Part shown: in pieces, positions 23,993 to 31,848 of the stretch
How positions within the stretch are numbered: the first letter of the stretch is position 1
Layout: the number at the start of each line of letters is the position of its first letter
Assembly (NCBI RefSeq): GCF_000020025.1
Contig: NC_010628.1
Location: 4,440,001 to 4,472,000, forward strand
DNA length: 32,000 nucleotides
Direction of reading: 5' to 3'
DNA from: Nostoc punctiforme PCC 73102
Lineage (GTDB): Bacteria; Cyanobacteriota; Cyanobacteriia; Cyanobacteriales; Nostocaceae
Notes under the pieces: model-generated
Told to the model about the DNA's origin: nothing
The model's database searches: none
Seen by the model: the letters and a program-made list of their open reading frames with translations, nothing else
Translations under genes and position numbers: made by a program

Positions 23993-24052
23993 AAACTCTA
24001 GTAGATATTAACTGAATTAGGGGAGTTAAAAATCAAGGGACATCTATCTAGT
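23993..24052 (-). ncRNA. NsiR1-like unit 8 (decayed copy)
   Basis: It aligns with copy 9 along its length, but the hairpin arms no longer pair, the U-tract is lost (GAAAC on the + strand) and TCCGGA is replaced by TTTTTTGG. Confidence 0.3.
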
Positions 24053-24131
24053 AATCAAGTATTCTAGGATTAAGCACTATTTTTTGGTAAAGAATATCTG
24101 CGTTAAAAGTTGCTGTTGTTTGCCAAAATTG

Positions 24132-24193
24132 AAAAAAACCCCTAGTAGGTGTTAGCCAACTAGGGGAGTTGAAGATCAAGGTGCATCTACCAA
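24132..24193 (-). ncRNA. nsiR1: NsiR1-like sRNA, copy 9 (intact variant, closest to hetF)
   Basis: TCCGGA at 24222-24227. Body variant GCACCTTGATCTTCAACT. Perfect 8-bp hairpin CCCCTAGT/ACTAGGGG and a U7 tail. It lies 140-240 nt upstream of the hetF start on the opposite strand. Confidence 0.75.
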
Positions 24194-24221
24194 TTAAGTG
24201 TTCTAGATCCAAGTAATCCGA

Positions 24222-24227
24222 TCCGGA
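24222..24227 (-). promoter_or_regulatory. DIF+-type TCCGGA motif of copy 9
   Basis: TCCGGA at the conserved distance from the copy 9 body. Confidence 0.65.
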
Positions 24228-24330
24228 TAAAGTTGTAAAGGCAGAAAAAGCAAAACAACACCGAATCAGAAACATTCAGGGGTGGGATGCATCTAAATTA
24301 TCAGAGGGAGCAAATCGACTTGAAACTTTC

Positions 24331-26874
24331 GTGTTTCAAACCAGATTTAGGAGGCGGACAGGAGAAGTTGTGACCCAGGAATTTCACATTTCCGTAACCC
24401 CAGTAGGGCAAAATGACTACTTGGTGCGGACGGAACAAGTCGCGCCTGGGGTACCATTGGCAGAAGAATTGGTGACTTGGCCTGTAGCTGATTGGTTAAT
24501 AGCTGCTGGGCATTTGATGAATGACCCGTTGAAATCGGTGTTGCAGGGAGATCCATTTACCTCTGGTGGGCACGAAAGCAATATCGCCAGAAACTCTGTT
24601 AACTTGGTGGCGTTGGGTCAACAATTTTATAACGCCTTATTTCAAGGCACTCTCAGAGATAGTTGGATTACTGCCCAAGGTATTGCCCAGAATCACCAAC
24701 AAGTACTACGCTTACGCTTGGGGCTAAAGGACACTAGGTTAGCTCGTTTACCTTGGGAAGTGATGCACGCAGGCGATCGCCCTCTGGCTACTGGGCCTTA
24801 TGTGGCTTTTTCTCGCTTCCAAAGTGGCATTTTGGGGGGTTCTCCTTTGCGATCGCGCAATACTTTCACAACACGAGAACAAGGTGGCGTGAAAGTATTG
24901 ATGGTAATTGCTTCTCCCTCAGATCAAGCCCGTCTTGACTTACAGAAACAGGAAGCGATTAAACTGCAAGCGGAACTTCACCGTCAAACATCACGAGTTG
25001 CTGAAGGTAACAATCGTTTCCCAGAAATTGAACTTACTGTATTAGACCAACCAGGACGGGAAGAACTGACGCAAGCCCTAGAACAAGGCAGATACCAAGT
25101 TCTTCACTACTCTGGTCATAGTAACTTAGGCGGCAATGGCGGAGAAATTTATCTTGTTAGTCGCAGAACTGGCTTAACGGAAATCTTGAGTGGAGACGAT
25201 CTGGCAGGTCTGCTCGTCAACAATAATATTCAAATGGCAGTGTTTAATTCCTGCTTGGGGGCGTACACAGCTGCATCCGATCCTTCTGGAGATACGGGTG
25301 AACGTAATCTGGCAGAAAGTCTCGTGAAGCGTGGAATTAGAAGCGTTTTGGCTATGTCAGAACGTATTCCTGATGAAGTGGCATTGACACTCACACAATT
25401 GTTTTACCGCAACTTGAGTCAGGGATATCCCGTAGATTTGTGCGTTAGTCGGGTACGCCAAGGATTAATTTCTGCTTATGGTTCTCACCAGATGTACTGG
25501 GCATTACCGATTTTATATCTCCAGCCAGAATCTGACGGTTTTCTCAGTGAAGAAATTGAGGTATCCGAAACAACAGACTTGCGGGATCAGTATAATTCAC
25601 CTTTAGGAATAACTTCCACGATGTACTCTGCGATCGCAGATGATAACGATATGCCTTTAGGAATGGAAGAAATGATTCCTGCTGGTTTAGCGCGCGACTC
25701 TTCTGGGTTAGACTGGCTGGGTGAGGATACTTGGGGCGATCTCGTTGATGAAATTGAGTATGATGACCCAAGTTATGAAGAAGATTCTGCGATCGTTTCG
25801 GATTTGTTTCGTCAGCTAGATAACCAAAAAGCTACAACTGAACCGGATCAACAAATTCTAGAAAATAATTTTCAGCAAAGCCAGATTTCAGAAGAGATGA
25901 CTTCTCTGGAAGAAGAAGGAGATTTATGGAGAGAAATCCCGGCACCGCCACCTCCAATTACTGGTAAATTTCAAGGAAATCAGCAAAATTCTGAGTTTTC
26001 GCGTAGGCATAGCCCAACCCAGGCATCGCAACCAGCCGCACCAAGACATCGTACCCAACGCCGCAAGTTGTGGTCAATTGTGGGTATTGTGGGAATCAGT
26101 GCCTTAGTAGCTGCGATCGGTTTAAATTGGTGGTGGCAAAATCGATCCCAGATGGCAAATCTACCAAACATCCCAGCAATTTCCACCGATTCTTTATCTA
26201 TCCAAAAACAGCAAAATATCGATTTAGAAACAGCAACCACTGGAATTGTCACTACTAGCGCTACGCAAAAATTGAGCCAGGGAGATTTACAAGGTGGGTT
26301 GTTGGCTGTAGAAGAATTACTCAATCGTGGCGCACTAGCTGCGGCGGAAACTGCCCTTAAACTTATTCCAAATAAGCAAGTTGACGATCCATCTGTCAAC
26401 TTTTATAAGGGAAGATTAGCTTGGCAGTCTATCGGGACTGGAGACAATAACTATAGCGTCGATGATGCCCGCCGTTACTGGGAAACTGCTGCAAAAGCTA
26501 AACCAGAATCACTTTTGTATAATAACGCTTTAGGATTTGCCTACTACGCAGAAGGCAATCTAAATCGAGCCAATGACTCTTGGTTCAAAGCTTTGAATTT
26601 AGCTCTCAAAGAACAAAATACAGATTCAAAGACGGCAGTTCCTGAAGATGCTTTAACTTCTTATGCTGGTTTAGCTCTGGGACTGTATAAATCTGCACTT
26701 AGCCAATCTAGTGGGAAGCAGACACAGTATCTGAATGAAGCGATCAAGTTGCGGCAAATGGTTCTCAACTCTGATTCAGTAAATTTCCAGGTTGATAAAT
26801 TAGCTAAAAATTGGCTGTGGACGGAGAAGGCGATCGCAGATTGGCGATCGCTCCTTCAGGAAAAAGGTGAATAA
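24331..26874 (+). CDS. hetF: CHAT-domain (caspase-like) protease HetF, heterocyst differentiation protein
   Basis: CHAT His/Cys dyad context (VLHYSGHS and AVFNSCLGAY). Then an acidic low-complexity middle region, one TM helix (LWSIVGIVGISALVAAIGLNWWW) and a TPR-like C-terminus. It sits directly downstream of the NsiR1-type array, as hetF does in Nostoc PCC 7120. The true start may be GTG 24370 (MTQEFHISVTPVG) rather than GTG 24331. Confidence 0.85.
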   Translation: MFQTRFRRRTGEVVTQEFHISVTPVGQNDYLVRTEQVAPGVPLAEELVTWPVADWLIAAGHLMNDPLKSVLQGDPFTSGGHESNIARNSVNLVALGQQFYNALFQGTLRDSWITAQGIAQNHQQVLRLRLGLKDTRLARLPWEVMHAGDRPLATGPYVAFSRFQSGILGGSPLRSRNTFTTREQGGVKVLMVIASPSDQARLDLQKQEAIKLQAELHRQTSRVAEGNNRFPEIELTVLDQPGREELTQALEQGRYQVLHYSGHSNLGGNGGEIYLVSRRTGLTEILSGDDLAGLLVNNNIQMAVFNSCLGAYTAASDPSGDTGERNLAESLVKRGIRSVLAMSERIPDEVALTLTQLFYRNLSQGYPVDLCVSRVRQGLISAYGSHQMYWALPILYLQPESDGFLSEEIEVSETTDLRDQYNSPLGITSTMYSAIADDNDMPLGMEEMIPAGLARDSSGLDWLGEDTWGDLVDEIEYDDPSYEEDSAIVSDLFRQLDNQKATTEPDQQILENNFQQSQISEEMTSLEEEGDLWREIPAPPPPITGKFQGNQQNSEFSRRHSPTQASQPAAPRHRTQRRKLWSIVGIVGISALVAAIGLNWWWQNRSQMANLPNIPAISTDSLSIQKQQNIDLETATTGIVTTSATQKLSQGDLQGGLLAVEELLNRGALAAAETALKLIPNKQVDDPSVNFYKGRLAWQSIGTGDNNYSVDDARRYWETAAKAKPESLLYNNALGFAYYAEGNLNRANDSWFKALNLALKEQNTDSKTAVPEDALTSYAGLALGLYKSALSQSSGKQTQYLNEAIKLRQMVLNSDSVNFQVDKLAKNWLWTEKAIADWRSLLQEKGE

Positions 26875-27013
26875 AAGTAATATGTTGTGGTGGTGCGATC
26901 GTTTGCACACCAAAAACTTTACTTTCAGCATCCCTAATCAAGACAAACCTTGCATCTAAGAGCAAAGACACCGTTTTCACACATCACTACCGAGAGAAAA
27001 TCTTCTCTATCTT

Positions 27014-27259
27014 TTACCGAGAGATTGCTGCTGCTTTGATCTTCTTACAGATACCCACCCAAGCTTTATTCTCTTGTGCTGGGTTCAGGCTGTCTAAAGG
27101 TTGATTGGGAGGGTGCGCTGATTGATACTTTTCAATTTCTGTTTCTTCATAGCTGCTAAAACTCAACGGTATCCAAATAATAGTGAGTCCTTTGGCTTTT
27201 GCCGCATTCAATAATGGGGGTAACCCATTCTCGTGAATAAAGTCTGATGCTAGAAAGTT
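27014..27259 (-). pseudogene. TIR-domain protein remnant (C-terminal part only), truncated at the IS boundary
   Basis: ...(D)FLASDFIHENGLPPLLNAAKAKGLTIIWIPL... is the typical central/C-terminal TIR pattern. The frame has no proper start: the track Met is a TTG inside the IS inverted repeat. The N-terminal half of the domain is missing on the far side of the IS. Confidence 0.6.
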
Positions 27260-28609
27260 CAAGGGGCGACAATGGTTGCTAAACCGAGCCAGATAAAGGT
27301 TTAGAAGGCACAGACCCTTTGAAAAAATGGGCTATTCTGGAGTGCTTATTGAGAATGAAATATGCAGGTGTCACAGACCCGCTTCTAGAGATCTATTTTA
27401 TGGTAAAAAAGAACGGTCTCGTAAATTGAACAAGACCGTCATCATAATGTTGCCCTCATTCTATCAAAAGTTTTTAGAGAAATACCTGAGTCAATCACAG
27501 TTAATAACTTTGAAGATGTTGGTGTGGTTGTTACAAAATCAAAAACAAGTCAGATTAGAAAGGCTGGCTGCAACACTACCTTTACCCATACAGCAAAATA
27601 GTCGGAGGCGACACTTACAAAGACTCCTAACGCTGAATGCTTTGAGTGTAGTGTTACTGTGGTTTCCCATAATTGAAGAGATACTTGGTAAGCAAATCAA
27701 AGCTGGCTCACAAGTAATTATTGCACTAGATAGAACACAATGGAAAGAAAATAATGTGCTAATGGTAAGTGTAATTTACCAAAAAAGAGCATGGCCAATA
27801 TATTGGTACTTGTTAGAAAAAGATGGTTGCAGTAACTTCCAAGAGCAACAAAAAGTTTTACGCCCAGTGATTCGCTTGTTAAAAAATTACAAAATAGTGA
27901 TTATTGGCGATAGAGAGTTTCATAGTATAGAATTAGCGGAGTGGTTACACAGGAAGAATCTCAGCTTTGTATTCCGTCAAAAAAAGGACACAACCTTCCG
28001 AGAGAAAAGACAAAAATTTCAGCCTTGAAGCAGCATTGATATTTATCCAGGAATCCGCCAGTTTTATTTGGGTATCAATTTGACTCAAAAACGAGGGTTT
28101 GGCAGATTTAATTTAGCAGTATATTGGAAAAGAAAATATCGCAATAAACAGGAACCAGAACCTTGGTATTTATTAACTAATCTGCCTGATTTAGAAACTG
28201 CTGCTCAAATCTACGGAGCGCGTTTCGGCATTGAAGCTATGTTCCGTGATTGTAAAACAGGTGGTTATAATCTCGAAGGTTCTAAAGCTAATCCTGATAG
28301 ACTTGTGCGTTTAATTTTCTTAATTGCTTTAGCCATGACAAGTGCTTGGTTACACGGACAAAGAACTAAATTGCAAAAACAAGAATCTTATATTTGTCGC
28401 ACTCAAGAAAAAAGTCGAACTTCTAAACGACATAGTAATTTTTGGATAGGTTTATATGGTCAAAATTGGATAGTCGCTTGGAATGAATGTCAAGCATGGG
28501 TTGAGGAACTGGTCGCTTCCATTCGCAATAAGCAGAGCTTTTATCTCAGGGGTTTAAGGGCTATGAAGCTTATACAGAAAGCACTTTAGCTCCATTGTCG
28601 CCCCTTGAA
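27258..28609 (+). mobile_element. IS4/IS701-like insertion sequence
   Basis: Terminal inverted repeats TTCAAGGGGCGACAATGG (27258-27275) and CCATTGTCGCCCCTTGAA (28592-28609) enclose one transposase frame. If the ends are instead 27259/28608, AGT flanks both sides as a possible 3-bp duplication. Confidence 0.85.
27447..28589 (+). pseudogene. IS4-family DDE transposase interrupted by a single in-frame TGA (28026-28028)
   Basis: Track ORFs 27327..28028 and 28068..28589 are in the same frame, separated only by a TGA and 13 sense codons. DDE context ALDRTQW, IGDREF, GIEAMFRDCK. The likely start is ATG 27447 (MLPSFYQKF). Confidence 0.8.
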
Positions 28610-28618
28610 GTCTTTTAC

Positions 28619-28685
28619 ACTCGTGAATGAGTCTTTAATACTCGTGGACGAGTCTCTGATACTCGTGGACGAGTATTAAAGACTC
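28619..28685. repeat. 3 x 21-bp tandem repeat of a mini-hairpin (ACTCG-TGGA-CGAGT) nested in a larger 16-bp inverted repeat
   Basis: Units start at 28619, 28640 and 28661. The outer arms GAGTCTTTAATACTCG (28629-28644) and CGAGTATTAAAGACTC (28670-28685) are perfectly complementary. Confidence 0.85.
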
Positions 28686-28706
28686 TTTTACTTCTTTAGC
28701 CGTTTT

Positions 28707-29330
28707 TTACGCGACTTCTCCAGCCCGAAAAATCTGTTCAGCAGTTAAATTCAACTCTGGGAATGCTAGCGAGTGAATGCGGTCATTTCCCCTAAATTGC
28801 CTAACTTGATACTCACCTTCAATTAATTGATAAATCGAGATAGTTGGTTTTTTAGGATTGCCAATAAACCGCCTACCACCTAAACCTAAATAGTCTACAA
28901 TCCAATATTCAGGTATTCCAACCTCTTCGTATTTACCTGCTTTGGTAAAATAGTCGTCTCGCCAGTTGGTACTGACAACCTCAATTACTAAAGGAATTGA
29001 TGCCGCTTGGCTTACAGTAGATTCTTTTTTCCACACAGGTTCATTTTCTAAATTAGAGTTATTCAACAACAATACATCTGGTGAGTAAGCTGCTTCGCTC
29101 TGATTCGGTTTAATGAATGCTGTTTTGGGGATGAAATAAGGTAGTTTTAAACGTTTGTATTCTGTAACTATTTCCCCAACTAAAAATCCAACAATTTGTT
29201 CATGTTCACCTGTGGGAGGAGCCATTTCAACAATTACTCCGTCATGCAGTTCATAACGTCGTTGTGAGTTTTCTGGATACCGAGCGATAAATTCATCAAA
29301 GGTTACTTGTTTGGTTAAGGCTTGAGTCAT
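28707..29330 (-). CDS. Uma2-family (DUF820) putative endonuclease
   Basis: 207 aa with the characteristic pattern F..F.....RYEL.DG.I.EMAPP...H ... PDV ... IEVVS ... D...K...Y...GI.EYWIVD. Confidence 0.85.
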   Translation of the reverse strand: MTQALTKQVTFDEFIARYPENSQRRYELHDGVIVEMAPPTGEHEQIVGFLVGEIVTEYKRLKLPYFIPKTAFIKPNQSEAAYSPDVLLLNNSNLENEPVWKKESTVSQAASIPLVIEVVSTNWRDDYFTKAGKYEEVGIPEYWIVDYLGLGGRRFIGNPKKPTISIYQLIEGEYQVRQFRGNDRIHSLAFPELNLTAEQIFRAGEVA

Positions 29331-29414
29331 ACTTTGCCCTCTGCTTTATGTCAAATTTGACCCCTCTCCAAACCTTTCCCCGACACGGAGAGAGGCTTAA
29401 TCAGCGAACTGAGG

Positions 29415-30239
29415 TTAAACTTTTGCCGCCGCAGCACCTGGTAAATTGACTTTCAATCGCTTAAACATCGCTTCTCTTGCTTGTGCAGCAAGGCTGTCGT
29501 CAAAAGGTTTTAAGGTAATTTCTTGCTGATACTTTAGCCGCAGCGCTGTTTGAATTAACCAATCGGCGACAAAAGGATTTTTCGGTAACAATGGGCCGTG
29601 GGAATAAGTAGCGATCGCATTCTGATAAAATGCTCCTTCTGTGCCATCTTCACCATTATTTCCCAAACCGTACACCACGCGCCCCAAAGCTTCCACTTTT
29701 CCCAGTTTGGTACGTCCACCGTGATTTTCAAAGCCTACCAAATATGGTGTAGTACCCGTCATCTCTCGCAAATCTTGCGCTAGGCGTGAAGCTGTCACTT
29801 CAATTACCAAGTTCCCAATACAGCGCTTAGTATTTTCACCAGGATGCACGGAAACTAAATCGAGTATTCCTAAACCATCAATCCGTTGTCCTAAGCCTGG
29901 TTCATAATAATGTCCCAGTAATTGGGGGGAACCACAAGTAAATACTCCTGGTGTACCATTTTCGATTTTCTCACGCATCGCATCAGCTTTTGCACCTTGC
30001 AAATCACGCATGACAATTTCTTGCTGACGATCTTGTGCGCCACCACCAACGATGACATCTACAGTTTTAATATCTGCGGCTGTGGCATTTTGATCTAGGG
30101 GTAACACTTTAACATCATATCCCCGCCATTGAGCGCGACGTTCTATAGTAATTACATTACCGCGATCGCCATAAGTACTCATCAGCGTCGGGTACAACCA
30201 ACCTATTGTTAATTCTAAATTTTGAGAACTCATATTCAT
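29415..30239 (-). CDS. gatD: glutamine amidotransferase subunit GatD of lipid II isoglutaminyl synthase (CobB/CobQ-like GATase)
   Basis: Immediately downstream of murT. Nucleophile context GVFTCGSPQLLG and a His context ATYSHGPLLPKNP, as in GatD-type amidotransferases. Confidence 0.8.
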   Translation of the reverse strand: MNMSSQNLELTIGWLYPTLMSTYGDRGNVITIERRAQWRGYDVKVLPLDQNATAADIKTVDVIVGGGAQDRQQEIVMRDLQGAKADAMREKIENGTPGVFTCGSPQLLGHYYEPGLGQRIDGLGILDLVSVHPGENTKRCIGNLVIEVTASRLAQDLREMTGTTPYLVGFENHGGRTKLGKVEALGRVVYGLGNNGEDGTEGAFYQNAIATYSHGPLLPKNPFVADWLIQTALRLKYQQEITLKPFDDSLAAQAREAMFKRLKVNLPGAAAAKV

Positions 30240-30300
30240 AATTCGTAATTCGTAATTCGTAATTCGTAATTTGATTGGGTATTGGGAACTGGGGAATGGG
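30240..30300. repeat. composite heptamer repeats: (AATTCGT)x4 then 4 degenerate NAWTGGG heptamers
   Basis: AATTCGT units at 30240-30267. GATTGGG TATTGGG AACTGGG GAATGGG at 30273-30300. It lies in the murT-gatD intercistronic spacer. Confidence 0.9.
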
Positions 30301-30338
30301 AAAAAATTTATCTAAATCCTTACTCCCCACTGTCCAAT

Positions 30339-31676
30339 TTAAAGAATTTTACGACCAGTAAGAACTTCTCGCACTTCTAGCATGGCTGAGTAGGTGGGCA
30401 GAATGTGCAGAGTTTCATTCTCTGGTGTATGCTCTAATGCAGTTGCGATCGCTTGTCGCAAATCTTCTTCGACTATTAAATTTATGCTACTCTCAGGGGA
30501 CTTTTGGCTGTAACGTAGACGTAGTGCCATATCGTAGACGCGATCGCCACTCACTACTAAAGTCCCGCCACGTTCGACTAATTTCTCAGTATCCACGTCC
30601 CAAATCCAGGATACATCAGTGCCATCGGGCGTGCGATCGTTCAAGACTAGCAGTGTGATTTTATCTGTGCTTTGAGTAACCACGCGAATGGTTTCATTCG
30701 TTCCCACAGGATTTTTTGATAATAATATCCGCACTCGTTTACCGTTAATTACTAAATCTTCTGCACGGCCAAAGGCAGCTTGAAAGGTATTAATAGTATC
30801 TCTGATTGTTACTTCATCAACTCCTAACTCAATAGCCGCAGTAGCAGCAGCTAAAGTATTATATTTGTTGTACAAACCAACCAGAATTTGTGACCATTCA
30901 CTACTTTCTAGAGTCGGTTTACTTTTAGTGAAACCACACTTGGGACAAGTGAAATCTCCCAAATGAGATAAATAGACACCCTTATAATCTAGAGAATGTC
31001 CACATTTGGGGCAATAGATAGAATCAACAGCGTGAGGAATTGCTTCTAAATAATGTTCTGGTTCATTCAAGCCAAAGAATAACACCCGTTGCGGTAACTG
31101 CTGACCAAGGTTAGATAAAGTTGGGTCATCAGCATTAGGAATTACCACCGTTTCTGTTGGTAGGGTAGAAATAACTTTTGTCCAACGTTTACTAATTGTA
31201 TCTACTTCGCCGTACCTATCAAGCTGGTCGCGGAACAAGTTTAAACAGAGAATGATTCGCGGCTGGAGTGGCTTTAATACTCTTGGGACAATATTCTCAT
31301 CTACTTCCAAAATGGCGTAATCAGTATTTAGCGTGCCTAGTAAGTTGGTGCTTTCTAACAGCGCCGTCATCAAGCCATTTTCTAGATTTGCACCTGTAGA
31401 ATTATGAGTGACGCGAAAACCCTTGTGTTCTAGGATTGTGCATAAAAGCAGCGCTGTAGTAGTTTTGCCGTTAGTACCAGCAATTAAAATCACTCCGTTT
31501 TTAACTTGCTGACTCAATAATTGTAAAAGTCGGGGTTCAATGCGACGAGCAATCGAGCCTGGTAATACACTAGCAGCACCCAGACGGAGCGATCGCACTA
31601 TAAACGTCACACTTTTTGCCACTGACACCGCGAAACCCAATCGCAGCCTGTCTATGAATTGAATTTTGTTTCCCAC
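30339..31676 (-). CDS. murT: Mur-ligase-family subunit MurT of lipid II isoglutaminyl synthase
   Basis: P-loop AGTNGKTTT. Cys4 ribbon CPKCGHSLDY...CPKCGF, typical of MurT. C-terminal DUF1727-like region (LLSKNPVGTNE). GTG start at 31676. Confidence 0.88.
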   Translation of the reverse strand: MGNKIQFIDRLRLGFAVSVAKSVTFIVRSLRLGAASVLPGSIARRIEPRLLQLLSQQVKNGVILIAGTNGKTTTALLLCTILEHKGFRVTHNSTGANLENGLMTALLESTNLLGTLNTDYAILEVDENIVPRVLKPLQPRIILCLNLFRDQLDRYGEVDTISKRWTKVISTLPTETVVIPNADDPTLSNLGQQLPQRVLFFGLNEPEHYLEAIPHAVDSIYCPKCGHSLDYKGVYLSHLGDFTCPKCGFTKSKPTLESSEWSQILVGLYNKYNTLAAATAAIELGVDEVTIRDTINTFQAAFGRAEDLVINGKRVRILLSKNPVGTNETIRVVTQSTDKITLLVLNDRTPDGTDVSWIWDVDTEKLVERGGTLVVSGDRVYDMALRLRYSQKSPESSINLIVEEDLRQAIATALEHTPENETLHILPTYSAMLEVREVLTGRKIL

Positions 31677-31848
31677 ATCTGTACCCTAGTCTTCTGGCGT
31701 TGCTAATTGAAAGTATTTAATTGCAAATTTAATATGCGTGAGTTTAGCGAATCCTGACTGAAAAAGCCAGCCTCTTAATTTTGAGGCAAGAAATGAGAGG
31801 CGGGGGGTAGGGGAAGCAGGGGAGGCAAGGGAGAGTTAAAATCTCTTT

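Noticed and set aside
24048-24275. 75-aa minus-strand ORF from the track, overlapping repeat units 8-9
   Set aside because: It is a translation artefact of the sRNA repeats. It has no RBS and spans terminator hairpins. The frame is not conserved in the other repeat units.
22989-24300. Could the regularly spaced repeat array be a CRISPR?
   Set aside because: The conserved part is about 90 bp of a 125-155 bp period, far longer than a CRISPR repeat. Each unit carries its own promoter-like motif and a hairpin plus U-tract terminator. The 'spacers' are themselves partly conserved, and no cas genes are present.
5663-24330. tRNA, rRNA or riboswitch elements in the larger intergenic regions (5663-6280, 9362-9990, 10660-11533, 12617-12890, 19136-19404, 22473-22988)
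   Set aside because: I found no T-loop (GTTCGAATC-type) or acceptor-stem pattern, no rRNA-like conserved blocks and no recognisable riboswitch core by eye. A covariance-model scan would be needed to exclude them formally.
28026-28028. TGA in the IS4-like transposase as selenocysteine
   Set aside because: No SECIS-like hairpin is evident immediately downstream, and there is no biological rationale for Sec in a DDE transposase.
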